DNA of 64,000 bases from an uncultured Verrucomicrobiae bacterium (lineage in GTDB: Bacteria > Verrucomicrobiota > Verrucomicrobiia > Chthoniobacterales > UBA10450): NCBI GenBank assembly GCA_963801815.1, contig CAWDGJ010000001.1:192001-256000 (forward strand), given 5' to 3'. The stretch's first letter is position 1. Each line of letters begins with the position of its first letter. Below the pieces are notes generated by a model. It had not been told where the DNA came from. It saw nothing but the letters and a program-made list of their open reading frames with translations, and did not search any database. Of this stretch, positions 8,170 through 21,103 are shown piece after piece. A program made the position numbers and the translations under genes.

Positions 8170-10148
8170 TTCGCCGGCCACTGATTGCCTTTGACCGCGC
8201 GCCACCAACCCAACGCCTCCAGCTGCCGATAGTGGAGCGCAAAGTTTTTACCGTCCATGTTGCCTACCGACTGGCCGTGAAGATCTTCAATGTGGGCTGG
8301 ATCCCGAACTCGCAAGATGAAGTCGGGTCCAACGACTGTGCTGGCGCCGAAACCTACTTGAGTTTGATTTTTGTCCAAGAGATCGCGGCCAAATGCGTGG
8401 TAAATGAACTGCGAGGGCGCTGCAAGATCGACGAGAGTTGGCAGTATGTCGAGATGACTTCCGGCTATCGTTTGCGGAGCGCGTACGTTTTCCAACGCTT
8501 TGTGCCCACAGATTACGAGCGGCACAGCCAATTGCTCGAACAGAGTATTCATCGGACGCAGAGAAACGAATTTCTTCCGCGAATAATGATCGCCGGTGAT
8601 TGCAAATAACGGCCGTTCAAATTCTTGCTCGGCTTCGACAACGAAATCGGCAACGCATTTGTCCGAATACCAAAGGTGTCCCAAAATCTGCAATTGCCGC
8701 TTCGACAAACGGGCGCAGATCGGGTTGGATTTTAGCGAATCCAAATCAAAACCTTTCTTTTCTACATCCACGCTGTAGGGCGGGTGATAGGAACTAGTCA
8801 TAATGAGATTGAACGTCGGCTCCGACCCAGTGTGATCGAGAACAAATCGAAACAGATCTTCATCATCCACGCCCCATTCGTTTCGACCTGATCGCACCGG
8901 CATCTGATCCCCGCCATAGACTTCGTCAAAGCCTTGTTCCCGGCAGAATTCGCCGCTTCGTTCCCAGCTCAGACTTGTACCCAAAAAATATCGCGTTCGA
9001 TAACCGAGTTGTTTGAAAATACTCGCGCTCGCAGTGGGCAGGCCGCCGCGCACCGCCGGCTGATAATTGATCAACACGCGAGCAAAAGGCAGACCGCTGA
9101 TGATTGTCCCCAGGCTCTCCATTGTGCTCGTTCCCGCGGAGATAAAACTTCGAACCAAAATTCCGTCGTGACCGAGCGCGCCCAACCGGTCAGTGAGATG
9201 CAACGTCGCGTAATCGGATTGCATCGCCCAGGCGTCATAGCTTTCCATCACGATCACGAAAATGTGAGTTGGCGGCGGGTTTGGATTTCCGGGCGCTGTG
9301 CGCGTGATGCAGGCGTCCAAAGTCGCAGCATCTTTCCCTTGGGGATAAAGGGTAGCGGCAGCCGAGTGGATGTCGCCGCCCGGCAAGATGGTGCGCAATC
9401 CGCTGATTTTTTGCATGTTTCGCTCCTGCCAAATCGCATAGCGCAATGCAAAAAACGGATTGAGCACAATTCGATTGAGAAAAGTATCGCCCGTTCCGGG
9501 GGCGTTTTTCACGCTCAGTAAATGACCGTGCGGCCAGATTCTCGTGCCGATGATAACCCACAGCGCAATTACCATGAACGTGACGACGCGTGCCGGTTTT
9601 GCGCCTAGAAATTTTGGAAGGTCAGCCGCGGCGGCCGTCCGGCATAGCTTACTCAAACAACATGACGCCCCAGCAACGGCGACGACGCTGCCAAGAATCA
9701 AGACAACAACATGATAATTTTTCCAGATCGTCGTCAGAATCGCGCGCAGATCGTCGTAAACGAGACCGAATATCCAGTGATCGAATTGATTGTCGTACTC
9801 CGCGAAATAGCCGACATCGGTGATGAACGCGACGGCGCACGCGCTCAGAATCACGATGATCGTCAGTTGGCGTATTCGCTGGTGCCAGATTCCCAGCGGA
9901 CGAACAAAGCCGATCAAAGTCAGTGCGAGTGAAGGCAGAATGGCCCACATCGCCGTGCATGCGTCGGAACGCAACCCGGTGTCAAAGCAGCGCAAGAATG
10001 CTTGCCCACTAGTTTGCCCGGTCGATTCCCCGCGAAAGATCAAGAATAGAGCAACGCGAAACACGAGAAATAAGAGAACGAGTTGGAGCCACAGGACCAT
10101 GTCGGCCACCAATTGCCGCAACGGTTGCGTTGATGGCGAATCTGTCAC
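8154..10148 (-). CDS. LTA synthase / sulfatase-fold membrane protein
   Basis: N-terminal TM helices; IFVIVMES, TSSYHPPY, YSD, ITGDH, SHLDILPT motifs. Confidence 0.88.
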   Translation of the reverse strand: MTDSPSTQPLRQLVADMVLWLQLVLLFLVFRVALFLIFRGESTGQTSGQAFLRCFDTGLRSDACTAMWAILPSLALTLIGFVRPLGIWHQRIRQLTIIVILSACAVAFITDVGYFAEYDNQFDHWIFGLVYDDLRAILTTIWKNYHVVVLILGSVVAVAGASCCLSKLCRTAAAADLPKFLGAKPARVVTFMVIALWVIIGTRIWPHGHLLSVKNAPGTGDTFLNRIVLNPFFALRYAIWQERNMQKISGLRTILPGGDIHSAAATLYPQGKDAATLDACITRTAPGNPNPPPTHIFVIVMESYDAWAMQSDYATLHLTDRLGALGHDGILVRSFISAGTSTMESLGTIISGLPFARVLINYQPAVRGGLPTASASIFKQLGYRTRYFLGTSLSWERSGEFCREQGFDEVYGGDQMPVRSGRNEWGVDDEDLFRFVLDHTGSEPTFNLIMTSSYHPPYSVDVEKKGFDLDSLKSNPICARLSKRQLQILGHLWYSDKCVADFVVEAEQEFERPLFAITGDHYSRKKFVSLRPMNTLFEQLAVPLVICGHKALENVRAPQTIAGSHLDILPTLVDLAAPSQFIYHAFGRDLLDKNQTQVGFGASTVVGPDFILRVRDPAHIEDLHGQSVGNMDGKNFALHYRQLEALGWWRAVKGNQWPAKGRGD

Positions 10149-10200
10149 GCGCAGCTAGGAAAACTCGGGCAACCCAATCTCACAAGGAGGTCGTTGCCCG

Positions 10201-10692
10201 CTAGTTTTTCGGGACGCCCATGTCCGTTATGATCTTCCATGATCCGTCGTTTTGCTTTCGCCAGATCGTGACGTAGCGACCCTCTTCATCGACCGGCTTA
10301 CCTTTTTCCTGATACTTATAACTGTAAGTTCCCGTTTCATACGCGGTGTCCCCGTCCAGCCAAAGATCGACAGTCATGACAGTGCATTTAACTCCTTTGC
10401 CAGCCCCTTCCATCACTGTCTTCTGTCGCTCCAAGATCTGCTGTGGGCCTTTGAAGAATTTGCCGTTTCTTCCTAACAAAACGCCATCGTTGGCGAAAAG
10501 TGAGGCAATCATCGCGGCGTCGGCTTTGTCCCAAGCCTCGACCCATTGAGCGTTTCCTTTGTCGATCGCCTGCCGCGCCTCAGTGAGCGCGGCTGCTTGG
10601 ATGGGGTTTTTGCTTTCTTCGCCGGCAAAAGCAGGAAGACACGTTGCAAGCAAGAGCATGCTAATTCGTTTGATTCTTAGTTTCGGCATCAT
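10201..10692 (-). CDS. Secreted NTF2/SnoaL-like (DUF4440, YybH-like) protein
   Basis: Signal peptide; GDTAYETGTY, GRYVTIWRKQNDGSWKI. Confidence 0.85.
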   Translation of the reverse strand: MMPKLRIKRISMLLLATCLPAFAGEESKNPIQAAALTEARQAIDKGNAQWVEAWDKADAAMIASLFANDGVLLGRNGKFFKGPQQILERQKTVMEGAGKGVKCTVMTVDLWLDGDTAYETGTYSYKYQEKGKPVDEEGRYVTIWRKQNDGSWKIITDMGVPKN

Positions 10693-11493
10693 GGCAATGC
10701 GCGGATTTCGATTTCGCCGAAATTCAGCTGCAATGCGTCGCGGGCGACATTGAGGAAACTATCGGCAGCGTCGGTAAGCGCGACTTGCAACTTGCCGTTG
10801 TTGAGCGGCGCCGCCCGCAGTGATTGTCGATCGAGCATCTCTTCCACTGCGCGTGCGCAATTGTGCGCGGAATCGACGATCATGATCTGACGTTTGAGCA
10901 CGCGGCCCATAGAGCCCGTGAGCAAAGGGTAATGGGTGCAACCAAGCACCAGCGTGTCGATCTCGTCAGCGAGCAGCGGTTCGAGATAGCGGAGGATCAT
11001 TTGGTCCGTTACCGGATCGGAGAGCAGACCTTCCTCGATCAAAGGGACCAATAGCGGACAGGCCTGGCTGGTTACGCGCACATTCGGGTCTCCTGTGCGC
11101 AATGCCTTTTCGTAAGCGCCACTGCGGATCGTCGCCCGGGTTCCAATGACGCCAATGTGCCGATTGCGACTTACCGCCAGCGCCGCGCGCGCGCCGGGTT
11201 CGATTACGCCGAGCACGGGCACGGGAAAATTCTTGGTCAGCGTTGGCAGGGCGACTGACGAAACGGTGTTGCACGCAACCACCAATGCTTTGGCGTTCTG
11301 TTTCATCAACATTCCGGCGAGCTCGGTAGCGTAACGCTGGACGGTTTCCGGACTTTTCGGTCCTGTACGGGACACGAGCGGTATCGCCGAGATAGGAAAT
11401 GTTTTCATTCGGCAATAAATCGCGGAGGGCCTTGACCACGGTTAGGCCGCCAATTCCCGAATCGAAAACACCGATGGGACGGGTGTCGCTCAT
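10689..11493 (-). CDS. murI: Glutamate racemase; +1 frameshift near 11364
   Basis: [14 protein letters not shown]...GDTARVPY in one frame; GPKS, VVACNT, LGCTHYP in the next. Confidence 0.95.
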
Positions 11494-11536
11494 GCAGCGG
11501 CAAGAATGATCGTGGTAGCCACGCGCTGCAAGTACA

Positions 11537-11593
11537 GGGTAGGGGCGACTCACCGAACCGGCGCGGGCGATTGGGTTTCCTCGCCCCGTGCCC
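11537..11593. repeat. Degenerate GTAG-type REP doublet in the murI-valS divergent region
   Basis: GGGTAGGGGCGA...TCGCCCCGTGCCC; resembles the 8093-8169 element. Confidence 0.55.
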
Positions 11594-11630
11594 CTTGCAA
11601 TCCACGTTGCCTCTTGGATGATTGAACGCG

Positions 11631-14285
11631 ATGGCTGAGCTTTCCAAAACATACGATCCGCGGACCGTTGAACCGAAATGGTATCAGCGCTGGATCGACC
11701 AGCACGATTTCGAAGCGGACGCGAACTCAAAGAAGAAGCCGTTCTCAATCGTGATGCCGCCGCCGAACATCACGGGCGTTCTCACACTGGGCCACGTTTT
11801 GAACAACACGATTCAGGACATTCTCGCGCGTCGCGCCCGGATGCAGGGTCTCGAAGTGCTTTGGTTGCCGGGAATGGACCATGCCGGTATCGGAACTCAA
11901 ACTGCGGTCGAAAAATGGCTTCGTAAAAATGAAGGTGTCACTCGCCACGATCTCGGTCGCGAGAAATTTCTTCAGCGGGTGCTCGAATGGCAGGACAAAC
12001 ACGGCGGGATCATCATTCAACAGCTTCAACGCCTCGGGGCGTCAGCCGATTGGTCGCGCCAGCGCTACACGATGGACAAATCTTACGCGCACGCTGTCGC
12101 GGAAGTCTTCGTCGATCTTTACAAGAAGGGGCTGATCTATCGCGGCCGGCGGATGATCAATTGGGATCCGGCAGCGCAAACGGCGTTGTCCGACGAGGAA
12201 GTCATCAATAAACCGCAGCGTGGAAATCTTTATTACGTTCGCTACGAAATCGTTGACCAGCCCGGGAAATTCTTGGAAGTCGCAACCACTCGGCCGGAAA
12301 CGATCATGGCCGACACTGGCGTTGCGGTTCATCCCAAGGACAAGCGATACGCCAAGCTTGTAGGTAAGCATGTGTGGCGTCCGATGCCGCGCGAGAAGAT
12401 CCCGATCGTCTCCGACGCCGCGATCGATCCTGAGTTCGGCACTGGAATTCTGAAAGTTACGCCTGCGCACGACAAACTCGATTTTGAAATCGGTCAGCGA
12501 CACAAGATGGCGGTCATCGATGTTTTGACTCCTGACGGCAAGATCAATTGTCCGGCCGTTCCTGAATTACATGGGCTCGATCGTTTCGAAGGCCGCAAAC
12601 GAGCTGCCGAGCTGTTGGAGGCGAGGGGACTACTCGCGAAGGCTGAACCCTACGAGAACAACGTTGGCTTTAGCGACCGCACCGACGTGCCGATTGAGCC
12701 GCGACTAAGCGAGCAATGGTTTTTGAAATATCCGAAAATGAAAGAAGCGCTCGCCGTGGTGAAGAAACATCTCATTCGCTTCTTTCCGCGGCATTGGGAA
12801 AAAGTTTACGAGCAGTGGATCAAAAACATTCAGGACTGGTGCATCAGCCGTCAGGTTTGGTGGGGACATCGCATACCCGCCTGGTATGCGAAATCCCAAC
12901 CCCCAAAATCCAAACCCCAAATATATGTTGGGCCTAAGCCGCCGAAGGACTCGGAGAACTGGGTGCAGGACAACGACACGCTCGACACCTGGTTTTCGTC
13001 GTGGTTGTGGGCGTATGAAACAATGGATCTCAAGACGCGGAAGAAATTTTATCCAACAAGCGTCCTCGTAACCGGGCCGGACATTATTTTCTTTTGGGTC
13101 GCGCGAATGATCTTTGCCGGCTTGGAATTCAAGCCCGGCAAAACCAAGAAGACAGAAGACAACATTCCGTTTCACGACGTTTTCTTTACCAGCATCATTC
13201 GCGACAAGCAGGGCCGAAAGATGTCGAAGTCGCTCGGCAATTCGCCAGACCCGCTCGATTTGATCGACAAATACGGCGCCGACGGCTTGCGGTTCGGTTT
13301 GATGCGCATTGCCCCAAGCGGTCAGGACATTCGCTTCGACGAAAAACAAATCGAGGAAGGCCGCAACTTCGCGACCAAGCTTTGGAACGTCGCGCGCTTT
13401 CGCCAAATGCACGGCCCGACTCGACTGAAGCCAGGCGAACTTGACCGTTTTAAGCAGTCAAGTTTTGGAAGCCTGTCGATCTTTGCGATCGAGGTCTTGG
13501 CGCGATTGAATGAAACCATCGGCGCGATCGAGAAAGGTTATCGCGAGTATGAGTTCAACACCGTCGCACAACGTCTTTACGATTTTATCTGGAGCGATTA
13601 CTGCGACTGGTTCGTTGAAGCGGCCAAGACGGAAATCTTTGGCGCAGACGAATCGAGAAAGAAATCTGCGCTCGCAGTGATGGATCATGTGCTTTCCGCG
13701 ATCGTGCGGCTGTTACACCCGTTCATGCCGCACATCACCGAAGAGCTCTGGTCGCTGCTTGGGCTGGGTACCGGGTCGATTCAATTCGCAGCGCTGCCAA
13801 AGAAGTTCGCGTTGAAAGATGCCGATCTTAAGAAACGCAAACTCGTCGCTGCGATTTACGAGGCGGTGCAGGCCGGGCGCAATTTGCGGGCCCAGGCGAG
13901 AATTCCGTCGAATCAAAAGCTGAAGTTCGCATTGCGTTCGAAGCAGGAAGAGTTGGTCACTGAGCAGGATACAATTGCGCGGCTGCTAAACGCCTCGGAG
14001 TTGACGATCGATCCCAATTTCCAAGCTGGAGCCGGAACTCCGATTGCAACGACCGCGCTGGGTGAAGTCTTGCTCATCATCGAAGTCGATCTTTCGGCGG
14101 AGCGAGAAAGGCTGGACAAAGAGATCGCCAAAGTTGAAGCGGAGTTGCGCACGGTTGAAAACAAATTGAAGAACAAATCGTTTGTCGATCGCGCGCCGCG
14201 AGACGTTGTCGAACTGAATCGGCAACGGCAAGAGAATTTTGCTGAACAGCTCGAGAAGTTAAAACACGCACGGGAAAAGCTGTAA
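11631..14285 (+). CDS. valS: Valine--tRNA ligase
   Basis: PPPNITG.LTLGH, TTRPET, KVTPAHD, DWCISRQ, KMSKS, C-terminal coiled coil. Confidence 0.98.
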   Translation: MAELSKTYDPRTVEPKWYQRWIDQHDFEADANSKKKPFSIVMPPPNITGVLTLGHVLNNTIQDILARRARMQGLEVLWLPGMDHAGIGTQTAVEKWLRKNEGVTRHDLGREKFLQRVLEWQDKHGGIIIQQLQRLGASADWSRQRYTMDKSYAHAVAEVFVDLYKKGLIYRGRRMINWDPAAQTALSDEEVINKPQRGNLYYVRYEIVDQPGKFLEVATTRPETIMADTGVAVHPKDKRYAKLVGKHVWRPMPREKIPIVSDAAIDPEFGTGILKVTPAHDKLDFEIGQRHKMAVIDVLTPDGKINCPAVPELHGLDRFEGRKRAAELLEARGLLAKAEPYENNVGFSDRTDVPIEPRLSEQWFLKYPKMKEALAVVKKHLIRFFPRHWEKVYEQWIKNIQDWCISRQVWWGHRIPAWYAKSQPPKSKPQIYVGPKPPKDSENWVQDNDTLDTWFSSWLWAYETMDLKTRKKFYPTSVLVTGPDIIFFWVARMIFAGLEFKPGKTKKTEDNIPFHDVFFTSIIRDKQGRKMSKSLGNSPDPLDLIDKYGADGLRFGLMRIAPSGQDIRFDEKQIEEGRNFATKLWNVARFRQMHGPTRLKPGELDRFKQSSFGSLSIFAIEVLARLNETIGAIEKGYREYEFNTVAQRLYDFIWSDYCDWFVEAAKTEIFGADESRKKSALAVMDHVLSAIVRLLHPFMPHITEELWSLLGLGTGSIQFAALPKKFALKDADLKKRKLVAAIYEAVQAGRNLRAQARIPSNQKLKFALRSKQEELVTEQDTIARLLNASELTIDPNFQAGAGTPIATTALGEVLLIIEVDLSAERERLDKEIAKVEAELRTVENKLKNKSFVDRAPRDVVELNRQRQENFAEQLEKLKHAREKL

Positions 14286-14400
14286 TCTGGGGAGCGCACG
14301 CGCCTCGCGATCGCCAACAAACTTTTGCTTCTGTCAGAAAATGGAAAGCCATTCGGCGAGGCGCCGAATTGTGCACGCGAGGGCGCATGCGCTCCCCAGA
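14286..14400. repeat. REP-doublet/MITE-like palindromic element directly after valS
   Basis: Terminal inverted repeat TCTGGGGAGCGCA...TGCGCTCCCCAGA; internal hairpin TTCGGCG-AGG-CGCCGAA. Confidence 0.8.
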
Positions 14401-14441
14401 GATTGTAGCAATTGCGTAGGACTTCGCCTAATTTCTGTCCC

Positions 14442-16487
<2,046 letters not shown>

Positions 16488-16510
16488 CAGACGCGGGCAA
16501 CGCTCGGGTT

Positions 16511-16619
16511 GGGATCTCGAGCGGCAGCGAGAGATCTCACAATCGAAGCGTGGATCCCGCTCAGTACGTTGCGTGATCAATCGCCTCATGAGAGATCCCT
16601 CACATTCATTCGGGATGAC
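16511..16619. repeat. GTCATCCCGA-type REP-doublet-like element between convergent genes
   Basis: Right end reverse-complements to GTCATCCCGAATGAATGTGAGGGATCTCTCA; left end GGGATCTCGAGCGGCAGCGAGAGATCTCACA is a diverged inverted copy. Confidence 0.55.
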
Positions 16620-16698
16620 CGCATCGCGTTGTTGCCCTGGGCGATGGCTGCGGTTTTATCGAACCGCCAGTGGATGCTCGTTCAGGCGTTGGTCAGGA

Positions 16699-17190
16699 TT
16701 ACTTGCGGCGAAGCGGAACAATAATCTCTTCGTCGTGCCGGCCGAGGACCACGCGCCCGTCTTCGATTCTTTTCACAGTGACCTGGTAAATCTGGGCCCC
16801 GATCTGAAGCCCGAATTGTTGGCCTTCGAACATCGTTTTGCCGTTGATTATGGCGAAATGAGTAGCGGTATCGAGTGTGATGGTGCTGACCAGGAAAGCA
16901 CTTGGGGGCACTTCGCCATCAGAGTCTCCGGCGCCGCCGATGCGTGCCTTCGGTTTGAAACCGATTGGCCAAAACGGATTGCGCGTTCCAGCCTCGACTT
17001 CGAAAGAAGATTTGTTTTTGACGGTAATCCCGGAGGATTCTCCCGAAGGTTTGTTCTTGGTCTCGGCCGCGGGTGTTTGTTCAGTCGGTTTGGTCTTTGC
17101 TGGTACCGGCGGCGCAGGTTTTTGGCTGGCCGCAAACATTACGGGCGTGGCCAAGACCGACAGGCAGATAACGGTGAGAAACTTGTTCAT
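16699..17190 (-). CDS. Secreted PilP-like protein
   Basis: Signal peptide, Pro-rich linker, RNPF motif, beta-rich AIINGK domain; last gene after pilMNO. Confidence 0.6.
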   Translation of the reverse strand: MNKFLTVICLSVLATPVMFAASQKPAPPVPAKTKPTEQTPAAETKNKPSGESSGITVKNKSSFEVEAGTRNPFWPIGFKPKARIGGAGDSDGEVPPSAFLVSTITLDTATHFAIINGKTMFEGQQFGLQIGAQIYQVTVKRIEDGRVVLGRHDEEIIVPLRRK

Positions 17191-17768
17191 CGTTTTTCAA
17201 TCACGGTGGTGGCTGAGATGGCGACTTGTTGATACTGCGGGTCGTTAAATAAGACGTGCATGGTCAGTTTTGTGATCGACAGCAACGGCTCTTGGTTTTC
17301 GAGATCGGAAATGGATTTCCCGAGCGCGACGAAATCGGCCTGAGGCAACTCGATTACCCAGTTGTATTTGGCCCAACTAGAGAGCTCGCTTTCCTTAAAG
17401 CTGGTGTTGCTCTCCAGACGCGCGGAGGCTTTGTCGATTTGTTGATTAGAAAAAAAGGTTTTCATTCTCGGCGGGAACCAAGCGATCGGGGCACCGTCAG
17501 GCGTGAGCGTTTTGAGGGCATTAAAGCGCGCGGTCGCGTCCTTGGCCTGGCGCTCGAGATTGGCGGTCTTGGCTATCTCATCCTTTGAGCCAGCGATTTT
17601 TTTCTGCAGCTCATCGATCTGCATAAGCGCGTTGTTACGCGACTTCTGCAATGGACCGAGGAAGAACGTGAAATAGACGTAAATCAAGAAGACGAAGCCC
17701 ATCGCGCTAAGCGCCATCTTTTTAACCTGGTCCGAGGAGAGTTTGGGAAGATTAGGAAGATTCATCAT
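17187..17768 (-). CDS. PilO/GspM-like pilus assembly protein
   Basis: Single N-terminal TM, coiled coil, then ferredoxin-like domain; operon position. Confidence 0.7.
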   Translation of the reverse strand: MMNLPNLPKLSSDQVKKMALSAMGFVFLIYVYFTFFLGPLQKSRNNALMQIDELQKKIAGSKDEIAKTANLERQAKDATARFNALKTLTPDGAPIAWFPPRMKTFFSNQQIDKASARLESNTSFKESELSSWAKYNWVIELPQADFVALGKSISDLENQEPLLSITKLTMHVLFNDPQYQQVAISATTVIEKR

Positions 17769-18432
17769 TGGTTCGCCGTTTCGGATGAGTCGGCGCAGGC
17801 GTAGCAGCCGGTTTGGCTTTCGCACTTGGATTGAACGTGATCGCCAGAATGTAATGCGACATCGGCACGTTGGATCCGTCGATGTTGGCGACGGTTTCGA
17901 CGTCTTCGAGTGCTTTAAATTCCGCTTTTACGTCGTGATAAGATTTGCCGAGTTGTTCGAGCAACATCTGGCGCAAATCTTCCGCGGCCGAGCGGGGTTC
18001 GCGGGCTGCGGCGACGCCTTCGATGGTAAGCGAAATGCTGCTGCCGCCTTTCTCATCATCCAAAACGTGTCCTTCCAGACTCGTGAGCTGTGCATTTGGC
18101 GGTACGCACCGGGCGAGCTTTTCAAGCAACGGCGCCCAGAAGAACCGGCCGTCGATGTCATCATCGAGAACTCGAGTGGTGTCGACGACGTTGGTCAACT
18201 CGGCGGAACGCTTTTGCGCCTGGGTGACTTGGGGCTCGATTTTTTTCCAATCCGCGGTGATGCGGCTGAGCCGCGTCTTGATCTCAATCGTCCGGTAGGC
18301 ATTCCAGGCATAATAGAGGAAGAGAATCGCGCCGCAGCCGGCGAGCACAAGCATTCCGATCTTGAGCGGATCGCGCTGGCGTTGCCGCTGCTCGAGGATT
18401 TCCTCATGCAGGAGATTGAGTTGTAGGGCCAT
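17752..18432 (-). CDS. pilN: PilN-like pilus assembly protein
   Basis: N-terminal LNLL motif, TM, coiled coil, LARCVPPNAQLTSL...IEGVA. Confidence 0.75.
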   Translation of the reverse strand: MALQLNLLHEEILEQRQRQRDPLKIGMLVLAGCGAILFLYYAWNAYRTIEIKTRLSRITADWKKIEPQVTQAQKRSAELTNVVDTTRVLDDDIDGRFFWAPLLEKLARCVPPNAQLTSLEGHVLDDEKGGSSISLTIEGVAAAREPRSAAEDLRQMLLEQLGKSYHDVKAEFKALEDVETVANIDGSNVPMSHYILAITFNPSAKAKPAATPAPTHPKRRTNDESS

Positions 18433-18441
18433 TGCTGATTG

Positions 18442-19518
18442 CTACCGGTTGAGATATTCGAATGCCGCGCCGCAAGCGACGTTGAGTGACACAAATTCGT
18501 TAGGCAAACTCTGCCGCTTGGCCGCGGGCAGTGCGAGTTCGCAGGTTTCGAGCGGATCCCAGATTTCGCATGGCAATCCAAGCTCGTCGCTTAATGACTG
18601 CAAGACTGCTTCCGCGCGGGCGAGTCCGCCGGAAACAAAGATTCGATTGATCCCTTCTTCGCGTTGGCCCTCGAAGAACCCGATGGAGTTGCGTACCTCC
18701 ATTGCTAATCGGGCGAGCGAATTGCGGCAAATTTCAGTCATGCCTTCGTCGCCCTGTTGAATCATCAGCCAGGCAGAATCGGCATCGAGCGCATCCTCCG
18801 CCGTCAGCGCCTGCATCAATGCCTTGCCACCGTAATCGATGCTGCGGACCAGCACGAGCTCACTTCGACTGCCGATCAGCACCGTGCTTTGCAGATGCCC
18901 CATGTCGAGAAGCAAAAAGGCATCGTTTGCGAAAACCTCCGGGTAGGAAAATTCAAATGCGTTAAACGAACAGACCGGCGCAAGCTGCAGCATCTCTGCG
19001 GAAAGCCGAAGTTTGGTTGCGGCAGCGGAAATCTGTTTGACCTGCTTTCGCAACATTCCTCCGACGAGATACTTGGTTTGAGTAATCACACCGCTTTGCA
19101 CGGCAACGTTGGATTCGGCCGCAGCAGGCTTGTCGATTGCAGTTCCGCCGTAAGGAGCGATCACCGGCGCGACGTCCAGCACGAAGTCTTTACATTCCTG
19201 GTTTAAAACGGCGAGTCCGTTGAAACGAAGCGCGTTGCGGAGCAGGTGAACGGGTGTGTCCGGTTGCTCGACGATGCGCAGGATTGTGTGCGGATCGGAA
19301 ACGGCGAAAACGCATGCCTTGGCGCTGCCGCCCAGGTCGCGCAGCAATTGCTTCAACTCCCGGGCGAGATCTTCAGGCGAGGCGAATTCTTCCGGCACCG
19401 GTCGCGAGGCGAAGCCGCTCAACACGAACCTGGCGTCACTTTTTCGCCGGACCGCGACACCTTTGAGCGTGTGTTTGCCCAAATCGATGCCGACAACAGA
19501 ATCTGCACGTCTCGCCAT
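18442..19518 (-). CDS. pilM: Type IV pilus assembly protein PilM (actin-like fold)
   Basis: VGIDLG, LLDMG, IDYGG, EVRNSIGFF, IFVSGGLA, VACGAA. Confidence 0.9.
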   Translation of the reverse strand: MARRADSVVGIDLGKHTLKGVAVRRKSDARFVLSGFASRPVPEEFASPEDLARELKQLLRDLGGSAKACVFAVSDPHTILRIVEQPDTPVHLLRNALRFNGLAVLNQECKDFVLDVAPVIAPYGGTAIDKPAAAESNVAVQSGVITQTKYLVGGMLRKQVKQISAAATKLRLSAEMLQLAPVCSFNAFEFSYPEVFANDAFLLLDMGHLQSTVLIGSRSELVLVRSIDYGGKALMQALTAEDALDADSAWLMIQQGDEGMTEICRNSLARLAMEVRNSIGFFEGQREEGINRIFVSGGLARAEAVLQSLSDELGLPCEIWDPLETCELALPAAKRQSLPNEFVSLNVACGAAFEYLNR

Positions 19519-19623
19519 GGATGCTGCTTTACCCCCTGTAGCGGGAAACGTGCCCTGCGGAGGCGCTTTTTGGAGAGCAGGTTATGCTCCATAGTTCTCG
19601 CGCTCTTGTGCCGGCGCGCGCAC

Positions 19624-21036
19624 TCAGGCTGCAACCGCCGCACGATAGCCGAAAAATTCGCGTTCTTTGATGATCTGCGCGACTTCCGGAGGCACCATTT
19701 TTTCCCAATTCCTGTCGCCGGCCTTCAGTTTTGCCAGGACCACGGCCGGATAGATCCGAAGGAAATCTTTCTGATAATCCGTGATTTCCTCGATGTAGCG
19801 GTTGTCGATCAAATACTGAAATAATGAGTGGAGATTCGGGGCAACCTCGGTTTGGGTCGCGGTGATCAGTTTGCCGGTTTTCTCGTTGATCATGGGGTAG
19901 ACGTAAAGCTTCAGGCCGTGCTTAAACATTCGTCCCAGCGCCTCCAGGATTCCGCCCTCAAGATTGAGGTAATATTTTTCGTCAAAAATCTCGTGCAAAC
20001 TTGGAACACCCATCACCAGGCCGATCATTTGGTTGGTGTAGCGCGAAAGATAACCCGCGAGTCGATAATATTCGCCGAACTTTGAGATAAGTACGGTACG
20101 GCCTAGGGCGCCCAAAATGTCCACCCGTTCCAAAAAATCGGCGTGATTGAGCTGACCTTCGGCTAGCAGATTTTCCAATGTCATCTCCATCAGCACTACG
20201 AGGTCTTTTTTTGAACTACCGGATTGTGTCAGAAACTGGCGGCGGGCGCCTTCGAGCATATCGTGCGTCGCCAAGGTGACAGGACGAAAGCTGCCCCGCT
20301 CGATTAAGATTGCCTTCTTGTGCAAGATCTCGGACGCCTGCACCATTTCACCATCGGCGGTGAACATCACGGCATCGGTCAAACCCTGACTCACGAGTTG
20401 CAAGCTCATGAGCCGATTATCGATATTGGCAAACGCGGGCCCCGAAAATTTGATCAAGTCGATCTGCATTCTTCCGGGCGCAAGATTTTCCTGCAATGAC
20501 GAGATTAAACGTTCCGGCTTCGATTGATAAAACGCGCCGTAGAGCAAATTCACGCCGATGACCCCGAGGGCCTCTTGCTGGTCAGTGTTCGCTTCGTCGA
20601 GCATGCGAACGTGAATAATGATCTGACTCGGCTCGCTCCGCGGCTCGGTTTGAAAACGAACACCGAGCCAACCGTGCGCTTCGTTGTGTTGTTTGAAGCT
20701 TCGCGCCGCCACCGTGTCGGCAAAAACAAAAAAGGTTCGCTCGCTTCCCAACGTGCTGTCGAGCCGCTCGATCAAAAGATCGTATTCGTGATCGAGCATT
20801 GTGTTTAAGCGTACGCGGCTGACATATCGGTCGGCCGGTCCATAAATCGCGTCGCTGAATGTCATGTCGTAGGCTGACATGGTTTTGGCGATAGTCCCGG
20901 ACGCGCCGCCGACCAAAAAAAATCGGCGAGCAACTTCTTGCCCCGCGCCAATCTCGGCGAAGGTCCCGTATTTGTGCGCGTCAAGATTGATCTGGAGCGC
21001 CTTACGGTTTGTTTCGACGTCCATCTCCGCCTTCAT
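19624..21036 (-). CDS. Conserved cytoplasmic protein with a nucleotidyltransferase-like C-terminal region
   Basis: YGTFAEIGAGQEV, RGSFRPVT, KLYVYP, WEKMVP; no signal peptide or beta-barrel pattern. Confidence 0.65.
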   Translation of the reverse strand: MKAEMDVETNRKALQINLDAHKYGTFAEIGAGQEVARRFFLVGGASGTIAKTMSAYDMTFSDAIYGPADRYVSRVRLNTMLDHEYDLLIERLDSTLGSERTFFVFADTVAARSFKQHNEAHGWLGVRFQTEPRSEPSQIIIHVRMLDEANTDQQEALGVIGVNLLYGAFYQSKPERLISSLQENLAPGRMQIDLIKFSGPAFANIDNRLMSLQLVSQGLTDAVMFTADGEMVQASEILHKKAILIERGSFRPVTLATHDMLEGARRQFLTQSGSSKKDLVVLMEMTLENLLAEGQLNHADFLERVDILGALGRTVLISKFGEYYRLAGYLSRYTNQMIGLVMGVPSLHEIFDEKYYLNLEGGILEALGRMFKHGLKLYVYPMINEKTGKLITATQTEVAPNLHSLFQYLIDNRYIEEITDYQKDFLRIYPAVVLAKLKAGDRNWEKMVPPEVAQIIKEREFFGYRAAVAA

Positions 21037-21103
21037 ACAAATTCTGTAACGGCGATCTTTGATCGTCGCAAATCAAGCTCGGCGGCTGAGAGATCAGCCT
21101 AAA

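Noticed and set aside
19624..21036. Outer-membrane TonB-dependent receptor, a label I recall being applied to similar proteins
   Set aside because: No signal peptide, beta-barrel pattern or C-terminal aromatic residue
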